A stretch of DNA of 64,000 nt from Antedon mediterranea (taxonomy: Eukaryota; Animalia; Echinodermata). Below, piece by piece: positions 25,611-40,600 of this stretch (its first letter is position 1; every line of letters begins with the position of its first letter). The notes beneath the pieces are model-generated. The model did no database searches. It saw nothing but the letters and a program-made list of their open reading frames with translations, and had not been told where the DNA came from. The stretch spans positions 40,620,304-40,684,303 of the forward strand of contig NC_092671.1 in assembly GCF_964355755.1 (NCBI RefSeq). Direction: 5' to 3'. Both the position numbers and the translations under genes were made by a program.

Positions 25611-28600
25611 TTAAGTGACAAGCTTTTGAGCAGCACCACTTGTAGTATCATCTAGAACGTTGCGAAAACTTTCAACGCTTACGGTTCCATCTTCACTTTG
25701 TGATGCTGCCATTGTCCACATCTTTTGGAATGTATCACTATCCATGTTCATACCAATATTCTCAAATATAGATTTCACCTGCAAAACAATAACACAATAA
25801 CATAGACATAGTTCATTATACAGTATGAATTACAATACAGACTGCTTCATCATTGCTGATGATGATGCAATACAGGAGGGTGAGGTTTTGAATCTTCACC
25901 TCTTATTATTCAAACATGTTCTGTAAAGTAATTCATTAAATATACATTTAAAGTTTTAAAGTACCTTTACAAATTACTAAACATTTGCAGGCAACAATTA
26001 AAAAATAAACACTGATGACCACCAGCGACCTCATATAATTAGAAATCAGAATCTAAATTAATTCACAAATTTCACAACAATATTAAGCCGTTTGGTAATA
26101 CAAATATTGCCACAGATATACACATGCATACAGTGAGCTGCATTACAACAACAACATATAGATATATAAATTACTATTGCAAACATACTGATTGTTTTAT
26201 TTCACATGTGATAATTATCATTTCACTGTGCTGCATTAAATAAAGCAATTGCTCTTGATTAAAGCATAACAATTAAAACCACAGATTTAAATTGACAACG
26301 ATTTACCTAGAATTGCTTCCAAAATATTGTTTGGTGTGAAAACTATAAATGGGAAGATTATTTAAAACCTTGATAATTGAAATCAGTATCAGAAAAAGAC
26401 AAATGGTTTTAAACCTCGATACTAGTAGAAATTATAACACAACTGGGACATGGGTTTTTTAAAAAGATCACAGCTAAAATATCAAAGTTAAATCAAGTCT
26501 TTACATAATTTAAAAAAAAGTTTCGTTTTTTTCCATAGCTTACCTCTCCTTGGTTACGTGGCTGAAAAAAGTCTTTTTCATAGACACCTCTGTTGCTGTA
26601 AACTGATGGGTTAACCAATCCATATGTATTGGACTCATCACCATAGTTTGTGCGATCGCTAATTCTACGAACAATTGGTGGCGCTAAATCACTACGTATT
26701 GTTGGAACACCATATTTTCTATATCCTGTTGTTAAAGTAATTTGTAGAAAATTGAATCTTTATAGTATTATTGACATAGTAGTAGTAGCAACTCAGATAA
26801 TTACAGTACATTACTGCGCTCATAAACAATTTTTTTTGCTTTAAAAAAAATTAATAAAATACAAAAATAAACATGATAAATTAAAAGTTGATGACAGACA
26901 AACTATTTTACAAAAAAAGGGTGATGTACCCAAATATGGTAGTGGTATGACATCATCATGTCCATATATGGGAACATCAAATTTTGTTGTCACATAAAGT
27001 TTGATAGTGTAGGCAGAGCTTTGTGAGAGAAAACTAGAGTTGTTACCTTGTGTTGAGACACCACCAACCGCTGCATTTATCATGGAAGACGAGGTCCTGT
27101 GCTCTCCAACAGCTTGGTCAATCTGTTTACTAATAACATCTGGCATGTGTGCTGCTGCTGTAGAAGGGGCTAACAATGTTTCTTCACTACTCATTTTATC
27201 TTTCCAGTTTAAAAAGTTTGCAAATTCATTGTAATCAATAGTACCATCATTGTTAGCATCACAGTATGATATGAGTTGTATGAGTAGTTCTGGATCCACT
27301 GGTAAGTTGAACTGTAAACAACAATCTTGTAATTCATTGATGTCGATTCTACCATCACCATTCTATCAAAACAAACACACACTTTATGAGTGAGTTTACG
27401 ATATATTATTACTTTATTTATATTAAATAATGTTCCATGTCATGTCACAATTTCTTCTTTCATCTAATTTATATCCTGTATAAAAAGTTAGATAGAGTTG
27501 CAGTATCTATCTATATGTAAATAACTTAATGTATTATAATATTCCAACAATGTACTTGAATATATATATACCTTATCATAGTGCCTGAATGCTGCACTTA
27601 GATCATTAAAATTGTGATAATTTGATTTTTTTAACTGCTGTCGTACAGCCGAAAGCAGTCCACGTTGTCGTTCTTTTCCACGTAGATAGTCACCCGGGAC
27701 ACGGCAGTGCATCAAATCACCAGCACCGTACTCGTCAGGGCGTATCAAAATACCAAATGTGTGGTCTTCGGATACTCTCATCGTGTCCTTGATCGGATCA
27801 TGCACCTTACCAAGTTGTGGCTGTGTTCGTTCACGGAAATCATCAACTCTTTTGGACACTATCTTTGACCCTTTGTCCCTGTTAACATAAAATCTGGTTA
27901 AGCTCTATCTACACTGTCAAACTAGTTGACTAGTGTGATGTGCACAAATATGGTAGTGATGTGCTCAAATATGGTAGGATATAAAATCATCGTGTCCATA
28001 TACTGTATGGGCACATAAAATTTTCTGTCACATAAATTTTGATAGTGTAGACAAAGCTTTAGTAATAATCTGTCAAGTTATTATTAATAAATTGTATGGA
28101 TTTATAAAAAGTTTATATAACACTTACAGTTGGTCGTTCCTGAGCCATTTTAAAGATTTACTAACATGCTTGCCATCATTCTCATGTGGAGTTGCAATTC
28201 CAAACGTACCATCCTTTGGATATCGTGACCAATCGTAGTTCCTATCCAAACCTTCACCAACTTCAAAGTCATGGTGAGTTAATTTATACAAATCATTTCC
28301 TTGCATAGATTCTATGTAAACTTGTTGATAAGATTTGTTTGGATTCACTAGCTCTCCTGCGGTGCCATCTAGTGCAGTAAAGTACAAAATGAATCTGTTA
28401 GTACTTTATTACATGCTAGTTTAATGACATTCAATGTGATCCTGTTCATCCAATAAAATGTGTATTTAAATTGGGCCTGCAGTTACTACTACTATTTACA
28501 TAGAGAATTATAAATGTAGTACACTATGGGTTAAAACCTGGATACCGCAAGTAACCAACCCCAAAAAGGTATGTATATCTGAAAGCTAAATTATTTAAAC

Positions 28601-31600
28601 AGTTATAATCAGGTCGATATGAAATGAATGTATTTTTGTATGAGCTGTTTGGCTAACTAATTTGCATAATTGAGACAAAGCAGATCAAGTAATTTGCATA
28701 AGATGGCATAGATTCACGTACCAAAAACATTCTTCAATCCAAAAGATGTTCCATAGATGTCCACATGATCTGGTAAGCCACTGGTTTGGTCATGTGACTT
28801 CCCTAAGGGAGCTCTCTGTTTGTTTGCATATAAAGATTCTTTTTTGTCCAGATAACGCTGGTTAAATAACGTCTTTGGGTCAGGATTCACAAGATTACCA
28901 GCCTGAAAATGATAACAATAACAACATTATATATCAATAGATGCAGATTGTATTTAAACAACATACAGTAATAAAACTAACTCCAAATAACGAGAGGCAA
29001 GCCATGATTCAACGTTTCGATCTTTTGATCATCATCATCAGGATTATTCAAATATTAATAACAAAATTAACATTGCTCTCTCTCTGTAGAGTTATTTCAC
29101 TTACTATAAAGATGCTTGTATTGAGAAATTTAATTGAGCACATTCATTTTTTTTCCCTTTGAGTCTACAGTAATGCTAACACTATGGTTAGTATCAACCT
29201 GTATGTACAGTAATGCTAACACTATGGTTAGTATCAACCTGTATGTACAGTAATGCTAACACTATGGTTAGTATCAACCTGTATGTACAGTAATGCTAAC
29301 ACTATGGTTAGTATCAACCTGTATGTACAGTAATGCTAACACTATGGTTAGTATCAACCTGTATGTACAGTAATGCTAACACTATGGTTAGTATCAACCT
29401 GTATGTACAGTAAACACTATGGTTAGTATCAACCTGTATGTACAGTAATGCTAACACTATGGTTAGTATCAACCTGTATGTACAGTAATGCTAACACTAT
29501 GGTTAGTATCAACCTGTATGTACAGTAATGCTAACACTATGGTTAGTATCAACCTGTATGTACAGTAATGCTAACACTATGGTTAGTATCAACCTGTATG
29601 TACAGTAAACACTATGGTTAGTATCAACCTGTATGTACAGTAATGCTAACACTATGGTTAGTATCAACCTGTATGTACAGTAAACACTATGGTTAGTATC
29701 AACCTGTATGTACAGTAATGCTAACACTATGGTTAGTATCAACCTGTATGTACAGTAATGCTAACACTATGGTTAGTATCAACCTGTATGTACAGTAATG
29801 CTAACACTATGGTTAGTATCAACCTGTATGTACAGTAATGCTAACACTATGGTTAGTATCAACCTGTATGTACAGTAATGCTAACACTATGGTTAGTATC
29901 AACCTGTATGTACAGTAATGCTAACACTATGGTTAGTATCAACCTGTATGTACAGTAATGCTAACACTATGGTTAGTATCAACCTGTATGTACAGTAATG
30001 CTAACACTATGGTTAGTATCAACCTGTATGTACAGTAAACACTATGGTTAGTATCAACCTGTATGTACAGTAATGCTAACACTATGGTTAGTATCAACCT
30101 GTATGTACAGTAATGCTAACACTATGGTTAGTATCAACCTGTATGTACAGTAAACACTATGGTTAGTATCAACCTGTATGTACAGTAATGCTAACACTAT
30201 GGTTAGTATCAACCTGTATGTACAGTAATGCTAACACTATGGTTAGTATCAACCTGTATGTACAGTAAACACTATGGTTAGTATCAACCTGTATGTACAG
30301 TAATGCTAACACTATGGTTAGTATCAACCTGTATGTACAGTAATGCTAACACTATGGTTAGTATCAACCTGTATGTACAGTAATGCTAACACTATGGTTA
30401 GTATCAACCTGTATGTACAGTAATGCTAACACTATGGTTAGTATCAACCTGTATGTACAGTAATGCTAACACTATGGTTAGTATCAACCTGTATGTACAG
30501 TAATGCTAACACTATGGTTAGTATCAACCTGTATGTACAGTAATGCTAACACTATGGTTAGTATCAACCTGTATGTACAGTAATGCTAACACTATGGTTA
30601 GTATCAACCTGTATGTACAGTAATGCTAACACTATGGTTAGTATCAACCTGTATGTACAGTAATGCTAACACTATGGTTAGTATCAACCTGTATGTACAG
30701 TAATGCTAACACTATGGTTAGTATCAACCTGTATGTACAGTAATGCTAACACTATGGTTAGTATCAACCTGTATGTACAGTAATGCTAACACTATGGTTA
30801 GTATCAACCTGTATGTACAGTAATGCTAACACTATGGTTAGTATCAACCTGTATGTACAGTAATGCTAACACTATGGTTAGTATCAACCTGTATGTACAG
30901 TAATGCTAACACTATGGTTAGTATCAACCTGTATGTACAGTAATGCTAACACTATGGTTAGTATCAACCTGTATGTACAGTAATGCTAACACTATGGTTA
31001 GTATCAACCTGTATGTACAGTAATGCTAACACTATGGTTAGTATCAACCTGTATGTACAGTAAACACTGGTTGAAATTAAACAACTAACTTGCATTCATT
31101 CAATCAACTAACAGTCACAATCCTAATGCTAATTATCTCAATGTTCTGTTGGAAAATCTTATTATAATATATATTTCTAAATAGTAATCACTATTCCCCA
31201 AAGACTTTCCCTTGAAGATTTATTTATATTTGTATTAAGATACTGAAATGTAAATCCATGTGATTTATAAACCTGAATTATTTATAGAGGTTATTCCCCT
31301 TAACACAATTCATTTATTTATTTACTGACATATTATACTGTATAATATATCTGACTTTTTTCCCATTAAAAAGGTTCTTTCAATAAGAATCACATCTTGA
31401 GATATTATAAATTAATGATGGGTGTGCTTATTTTGCTTATTTTTACTAAATGGGGTGTGGTCCTATGCCACTGTCAAAGTAAGCAGCTCATTAAGCTGAG
31501 ATGTAAACTATAAATAATAATAATCAATAATTGAGGATATTACTATAGTATGTTACATGTCAAGTAGTTGTAAAGTGTGCTACATAAAATAAAACCAGTT

Positions 31601-34600
31601 ACATGTCAAGTAGTTGTAAAGTGAGCTACATAAAATAAAACCAGTTACATGTCAAGTAGTTGTAAAGTGTGCTACATAAAATAAAACCAGTTACATGTCA
31701 AGTAGTTGTAAAGTGTGCTACATAAAATAAAACCAGTTACATGTCAAGTAGTTGTAAAGTGTGCTACATAAAATAAAACCAGTTACATGTCAAGTAGTTG
31801 TAAAGTGTGCTACATAAAATAAAACCAGTTACATGTCAAGTAGTTGTAAAGTGTGCTACATAAAATAAAACCAGTTACATGTCAAGTAGTTGTAAAGTGT
31901 GCTACATAAAATAAAACCAGTTACATGTCAAGTAGTTGTAAAGTGTGCTACATAAAATAAAACCAGTTACATGTCAAGTAGTTGTAAAGTGAGCTACATA
32001 AAATAAAACCAGTTACATGTCAAGTAGTTGTAAAGTGTGCTACATAAAATAAAACCAGTTACATGTCAAGTAGTTGTAAAGTGTGCTACATAAAATAAAA
32101 CCAGTTACATGTCAAGTAGTTGTAAAGTGTGCTACATAAAATAAAACCAGTTACATGTCAAGTAGTTGTAAAGTGTGCTACATACAATAAAACCAGTTAC
32201 ATGTCAAGTAGTTGTAAAGTGTGCTACATAAAATAAAACCAGTTACATGTCAAGTAGTTGTAAAGTGTGCTACATAAAATAAAACCAGTTACATGTCAAG
32301 TAGTTGTAAAGTGTGCTACATAAAATAAAACCAGTTACATGTCAAGTAGTTGTAAAGTGTGCTACATAAAATAAAACCAGTTACATGTCAAGTAGTTGTA
32401 AAGTGTGCTACATAAAATAAAACCAGTTACATGTCAAGTAGTTGTAAAGTGTGCTACATAAAATAAAACCAGTTACATGTCAAGTAGTTGTAAAGTGAGC
32501 TACATAAAATAAAACCAGTTACATGTCAAGTAGTTGTAAAGTGTGCTACATAAAATAAAACCAGTTACATGTCAAGTAGTTGTAAAGTGTGCTACATAAA
32601 ATAAAACCAGTTACATGTCAAGTAGTTGTAAAGTGTGCTACATAAAATAAAACCAGTTACATGTCAAGTAGTTGTAAAGTGAGCTACATAAAATAAAACC
32701 AGTTACATGTCAAGTAGTTGTAAAGTGTGCTACATAAAATAAAACCAGTTACATGTCAAGTAGTTGTAAAGTGTGCTACATAAAATAAAACCAGTTACAT
32801 GTCAAGTAGTTGTAAAGTGTGCTACATAAAATAAAACCAGTTACATGTCAATTAGTTGTAAAGTGTGCTACATAAAATAAAACCAGTTACATGTCAAGTA
32901 GTTGTAAAGTGTGCTACATAAAATAAAACCAGTTACATGTCAAGTAGTTGTAAAGTGTGCTACATAAAATAAAACCAGTTGCATGTCAAGTAGTTGTAAA
33001 GTGTGCTACATAAAATAAAACCAGTTGCATGACAAGTAGTTGTAAAGTGTGCTACATAAAATAAAACCAGTTACATGTCAAGTAGTTGTAAAGTGTGCTA
33101 CATAAAATAAAACCAGTTGCATGTCAAGTAGTTGTAAAGTGTGCTACATACAATAAAACCAGTTACATGTCAAGTAGTTGTAAAGTGTGCTCACTGCTAC
33201 ATAAAATAAAACCAGTTACATGTCAAGTAGTTGTAAAGTGTGCTACATAAAATAAAACCAGTTGCATGTCAAGTAGTTGTAAAGTGTGCTACATAAAATA
33301 AAACCAGTTACATGTCAAGTAGTTGTAAAGTGTGCTACATAAAATAAAACCAGTTGCATGTCAAGTAGTTGTAAAGTGTGCTACATAAAATAAAACCAGT
33401 TACATGTCAAGTAGTTGTAAAGTGTGCTACATAAAATAAAACCAGTTGATGCTTTCATTTAGTTTGTTTCCAATTTGAATAAGTAGATTGCGAGGATGAA
33501 TCATTCATTCAAGACTACCAAGCAGTTTCCATAGATACAGTCAAAATTGATTAAATACATTCTCTAATTGCTATCTTAAATCAAACTAAAGATAAGTATA
33601 GCTTTGTAGGCCTAAACTACTACAATAACCTGACAAGTAATGTTTAAAAAAAGTATAGTTGTAGGCCTACACCAGTAACAATAGCCTGACAAATGATGTT
33701 TAAAGTACAGTAGATATAGTAGTAATCATTCTTGTCATCAGAAAAAACAAAATACACGAGTGTAAAAAACAAAATACATGAATGTAAACCACAAAACATA
33801 TTATATTCATTACTTTTATCCTATATTTATTGCAGAAGATGTATTTAAATACATTCCACATTATTAGATTAATAACAAGTGGATAATAATGTAAACCTCC
33901 ATTAATTAAAGTAAAAATAAATAATAATAATATTGTCATTAGGCCTACATTCTCTAAAGTATAATGTAATTCCTGGTATCATAAACTTGGTATTAGTACA
34001 ATGTTTCTGATATTTCCTGAAATTAAACCTACAATTAATTAGAAATTTTAGTAGTAGACATATTTCACATTTTTTTCTCAAAAATAATACCTTTGCTTAC
34101 TAATCTAACTGTATAGTATATTTAATACCTTTGCTTACTAATCTAACTGTATAGTATATTTAATACCTTTGCTTAGTAATCTAACTGTATAGTATACTTA
34201 ATACCTTTGCTTACCAATCTAACTGTATAGCATACTTAATACCTTTGCTTACTAATCTAACTGTATAGTATATTTAATACCTTTGCTTACTAATCTAACT
34301 GTATAGTATACTTAATACCTTTGCTTACTAATCTAACTGTATAGTATACTTAATACCTTTGCTTACTAATCTAACTGTATAGCATACTTAATACCTTTGC
34401 TTACTAATCTAACTGTATAGTATACTTAATACCTTTGCTTACTAATCTAACTGTATAGCATACTTAATACCTTTGCTTACTAATCTAACTGTATAGTATA
34501 CTTAATACCTTTGCTTACTAATCTAACTGTATAGCATACTTAATACCTTTGCTTACTAATCTAACTGTATAGTATAATTAATACCTTTGCTTACTAATCT

Positions 34601-37600
34601 AACTGTATAGTATACTTAATACCTTTGCTTACTAATCTAACTGTATAGTATACTTAATACCTTTGCTTACTAATCTAACTGTATAGTATACTTAATACCT
34701 TTGCTTACTAATCTAACTGTATAGCATACTTAATACCTTTGCTTACTAATCTAACTGTATAGCATACTTAATACCTTTGCTTACTAATCTAACTGTATAG
34801 TATACTTAATACCTTTGCTTACTAATCTAACTGTATAGTATACTTAATACCTTTGCTTACTAATCTAACTGTATAGTATACTTAATACCTTTGCTTACTA
34901 ATCTAACTGTATAGTATATTTAATACCTTTGCTTACTAATCTAACTGTATAGTATACTTAATACCTTTGCTTACTAATCTAACTGTATAGTATATTTAAT
35001 ACCTTTGCTTACTAATCTAACTGTATAGTATACTTAATACCTTTGCTTACTAATCTAACTGTATAGTATACTTAATACCTTTGCTTACTAATCTAACTGT
35101 ATAGCATACTTAATACCTTTGCTTACTAATCTAACTGTATAGTATACTTAATACCTTTGCTTACTAATCTAACTGTATAGCATACTTAATACCTTTGCTT
35201 ACTAATCTAACTGTATAGTATACTTAATACATTTGCTTACTAATCTAACTGTATAGCATACTTAATACCTTTGCTTACTAATCTAACTGTATAGCATAAT
35301 TAATACCTTTGCTTACTAATCTAACTGTATAGTATACTTAATACTTTACCTGCTATGGTGGTTGCTTCTGATTTACTATATTGTGGTAGTTGACACTTCT
35401 TTAGTGCCAACCCACACTATTGACTTAAATTATGAACTATTCATAAAGAATTTTATTAATTAACAACTAATACTGGTAGGCCTACTTGTATTTATTTTAT
35501 TTGTATAAATTTGAATATTATCTGTTTGAATTCTATCTTTAATTTATATATGATTAAATGCTTTAGTACTTAATCTGTAAGTGGTAACTTAAAAAAACAA
35601 AAATGACAGTTATCAATATGCATTTTAATTACTGTTATTGAACATTTTAATTCCAACATAACTAACCTGTAAAGATCCTGATGTAGGAACACCATGTGTA
35701 AGATGGGAAGCAATGTCAACATCATTTGCTTTACCATAAAACACTCTGCGAACTTGAGGTTCTGCGTGGGTAAAGTTACGGAATTTCTTTACTGTATCTG
35801 GTGTCTCAACCTGTAATAAACAACATACTTAATTCAACAACTATATCAGTTTTTAGTGGGCCTCCTATCACAAGCCCCTTGGGGTTTCCTGGAGGTCCCT
35901 TTCATCTTTGTTTTACTCCTTTTTTTGTGTGTTTTTGTTTATTTTATGAGATGAATAAAAAGAAATTATGATTACAACAATGTTGCATCTATCAATATTT
36001 AATTATTGGAGGAAAAGAATTTTAATCATTTTTTAGTGTATTTTTTATTTTTGATTAAAGTAATGTGAAAATGCTTTAAAAAAATAATAATCATGGTAAT
36101 AAAGTTAAAGTCTGTAAATAAAATCAAATATTATTTACCCTTGGTATACTTAGACAATCTTTGGCTGTATTTTCACGCACAGTAATCAGCTTCCCTGCCT
36201 ACAATTTTACAAAATAAAGCATTTCATTAACAAATTTATCTATAAATAGCAATTGAAAAGATTACTACTCTTTAATTAAAATTCATATAAACTGTTTTTT
36301 CTCATTATATGAATCCAATCTTCAATATAAGGTAGTTGCCATAGCGATAAGAAGTATATAGGAAGTATTTAATATTCATCATTTATTATAATGGTATTAT
36401 TAAATGACTAACAAGGCGGTGGTTGGGTTTACAGAACAAAAGATGCATAGGAAATGGAAGTCATTATTTTATAGTATTATAATAATTTATTCTCCATTCT
36501 ACAGAGCTTAAAAAATAAGACAGTATAAGGATGGCACATTTTATAAATAATAACAATAATAAAATATGTGTAACTTGTTGATTAACATCATTAATGAAAT
36601 AAGGTAAAACAAGATTTTATTAGAAAGTATCTAAGAAATAATACATTTGTACGCGATTGGCGTACCATACTTACCTGGAGTTTTGGACAGCGTGTGTGTT
36701 CACGCAGGTTGGGTTGAAACATTGACATGTTATGTTATGTTGAAGTATAGAGTATTTAATAAACTTCACTTTACTGATAATAGTGGTCGATATATTTAAT
36801 TGGTGCCGAAACCCGGGAGCCATTTCATGCGAGGTATATTATCCTCGCATGAAATGATATTATGATATTCACTTCAAATCAATACTTTTTATTCAATTAT
36901 TATCAATAATAGTATTAGTAATATTACTCTGTATATTGGGGTTTTAGTTAAATGTTATACAGTATAACAGCACTGCTCAATCGCATTAGGAAAACGAGCC
37001 CTATTTAACGTGAGCTTTTAGTACCCCGGCTAACCCGGGGTACTATAATTGCCTGTAACTGTTTTGACCCTGATCAGTCTTGTTGATGGGTAATTAACAG
37101 AACAGTGGCCATCAATCATGCAGGAAAGTATCTGGGTACTAAAAGAGGCCAAGCCCACTTTGTTTGCCAACAGCCAATCACCGACAGCATCAGGTTTCAG
37201 TTACAGCATGTTTTAATGATTAGGTAATAGTTTGATTTCATGAAATAAATGAATATTTATATAATAGCCTTATCACGCATTATAATCATTTAAGTAAGCC
37301 TTTATTTCCATGTTTCCTTTTCGATTTTGTACATTTTAACAACATTGTATGGGGAGCTACAAAGTTCAACCTTAGATTGAGTAGTCAAGCGATCAACCAA
37401 TTACAATTGAATAATTTTAATTTTATTAATTTACCAATGAAATACATAGCCTACTACAAATTGATTCTGAAATAAACTGGGATGGTGCGATGGGATTTGG
37501 TAGGAATGTCAAGAGGTACACCATCACATCAGACTCGGGCTGAGGTATAGGCAGGGAATAACAACTCCCTGGTATAGGTAGGCCTACAATTTTTGAGAAT

Positions 37601-40600
37601 ATGAGCGGGAAATTCAAATAAAATAATGTAGCCGTAGGGGGTGGTACCCATACGCTTCCCAAAAAGTGTTTGCGCTATATTAGTATATAGGACCAGATAT
37701 ATGAATTAATTAATAATACTAAACAATCTAAAAAATAAATCTTTTTATTTAAAAAAATGTAATTGAATGAATGTTAATAAACATAAACGAAACCCATATA
37801 AATAACAATCCTTTTTATTGTGTAATAACAAGTTGATGTTATACGATATTATAATAGAAGGATTATGCCTCATTTTAGTTGTTTATGTTATTCTAAGAAA
37901 ACTGCACATAGGCCTACATACATTATGTTCACTTTAGCACTCTAGCTAGTATTTTAAAACATTGATGACTAGCAATTATACACGCCCGGGCGGGTTTCCT
38001 ATGTAGTTTTAAAACTTCACAGTACATTCCCGATCATTTGATAACTCATTATCCAGATGCCCTAAAATGCACCCACCTCCCCAACACACACCCGCACTCG
38101 GGGATTTTTTAACTTATAATGTTAAACTTCCTGGTACAAATTCTATTGCAAACCCCGGCTCTATGACGGTTTTCAAATGCAGTTAAAACATTCCCCCAGT
38201 TCACATTACTCATGTGGTCATTGATACTAACCCCAGCAAATCACTAAGCCTCCAACCCCTCTAACCTCTGCACACTGTGATTTTTTTAAATATAGTTTAA
38301 AACCTTCCCAGTACAATTGTGGTCATACAATCACGAAATATTGTGCTACCTACATTTGAGAAAGTGTGCAATCCATTAAAAAAATTGTGCTCCTCTTTGA
38401 GAAATTGTGCAATATGCAACATTCAGGAAATTGTGCTACCTTTTTGAGAAATAATTGTGCTAACCATTCGGGAAATTGTGCTACCTCTTTGAGAAATTGT
38501 GCTACCCATTCGGGAAATTGTGCTACCTCTTTGAGAAATTGTGCTAACCATTCGGGAAATTGTGCTACCCATTCGGGAAATTGTGCTACCTCTTTGAGAA
38601 ATTGTGCTAACCATTTGGGAAATTGTGCTACCTCTTTGAGACATTGTGCTAACCATTCGGGAAATTGTGCTACCTCTTTGAGAAATTGTGCAATCCATTC
38701 CGAAAGTTGTGCTACTTCTTTGAGAAATTGTACGTACGGTATACCTATTTGAGAAATTGTGCTATCTTTTTCACATTTTTTCATCCCCTTCATAATCCAT
38801 ATTCCTATATCTTACCATGCACCAACTCATTCCAAATGTTAAAGGATACAAGATATACTGTGACGGGATTTAATATATGTGCTAACAATACTTTATCGCA
38901 TTATGCAGGTTCACATTTTTATATATCTATAGTTCACTATGTCGGTCGGTCTGTCGGTCTGTCTGTCTGTTGGTCCGGTATCACTATGCATGTTATTGCT
39001 TTCTGACCTTATCTTGATATCAGTTTAATCTAGCTAAGTCAATTTTTCACAGTATATTCCTTATGGCCAGGAATCGATGTGGTTATGTTTTCACGGTGCG
39101 CAATAAAAAATTACACGGTCTACGCACGATTTAACGAAATCACGTTTGTAATCATATCTTCACAACCATGAATCACAATTAAATAAAATTTGGTACTCAT
39201 AAATTTCAGGGCATAAATCATGGCAATACAATTACGTGCGTAGCGCATGTAACGCATGCGTACGCGCGCTTAAAATTTTCAAAATTTATTTTCGATGAAA
39301 TAAGAGTACGTTTCAGGCAATTTTAAGCGTTTACAAAATTGCCATGAGTGCGTAGATTTTTGCGCGCGCACTGCGCGTTAAATGTTATTGCGCACTCTTT
39401 TTGCCCGATTTCTGTTTTCTTGACTTACTTTTCAACTAGAAATTACGTTATATGAGCACGTCAAAAGTGACAGGCTACGCACGTGTAAATTAAAAAAATA
39501 TAAATGTTTTTAAACATTTCAACATTTTTACACATGTTCAGTAGTTCACTATGTCGGTCGGTCTGTCAGTCTGTCTGTCGGTCGGTCCGGTATCACTATG
39601 CATTGTAGCACGCGACTTAATGGCTGTTGGCCTTGTTTTTTAATGGACAGGAATTTTTTAAGAATATAATTATACTCTATAAAATTTAATTCAAATTAGG
39701 CCCATAATATATGTTTACATGGCAATTGTTAATTTTCAAATTAAAATAAATATATAACATGCACATAAAGATTTTATTCAGTGTATTAATTACAGTATCT
39801 GATTTTTTAGTTAATCGTTAAAATAATGATATCCTGGCCTATAACAAAAATGTTCCATCTGTAACATTAACAACCATTTTTTAATATTTACTTAGACCTA
39901 ATCTATTGATTACAATTCAGGAGTTACAAATTAAGAGTTAACATTTTTGGTATCGTTACTTCACACAACTTAGACAAACAAATGTCACATTAATGTGAAA
40001 AAAAACTGAACTATTATGTATTGAGAAAAACATAAATATATATTTCCTCCATAAATGTGCATACAATTGGGGTATACTCAAGAAAAGGGGTTTATAATTG
40101 AGACATAAAGTAACTATTATATAAAATATGATTATAAAATACAGTATTTAATTGTTTGCTTATAATTTGAAATAGTATTACTGTACTATTTATTATAGGC
40201 CTATATATTTAACATTAGAGGGGTGGCAAATCCATAGAGATCATTTTGAGATCTCAGCTGAAGAACATGAAATAGTTTATAAATATAGTTTTAATTTCAA
40301 AACAAAAGTTTTTGCTTTTCCAGCGATTTTAGTCTGGGTGCACAAAACACAAATTTTTAATTTAAACTCATCTCTACAGTTCATTCTTTGGCTCCCTGCT
40401 GTTAGATTAGAACTGACCTTGCTAACCACAAGGCCACTTGCATTCTTTAATTTTGTGTGCAAAAAATTTACCCATGGTATAATGGTGGTTTCTAAATACA
40501 ATGAGTGACCAATTCCAAAATAGGCTGTGCATTGCAGCCAATCAGAAGCAAGGAAGGCTGAGCCTGGAAGATGAACAAGGTGTTACGTGATTTATTAATT

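Noticed and set aside
28659-28701. Two ATTTGCAT octamers
   Set aside because: Short AT-rich motif with no snRNA gene or other supporting context
35351-35417. Possible extra EFHB exon ending CAG|GTAAAG
   Set aside because: The reading frame compatible with the phase-0 neighbours contains TAG, and the protein is continuous without it
38350-38793. Three overlapping heptad-like ORFs
   Set aside because: A 21-bp repeat that happens to be stop-free in several frames; no splice or homology support
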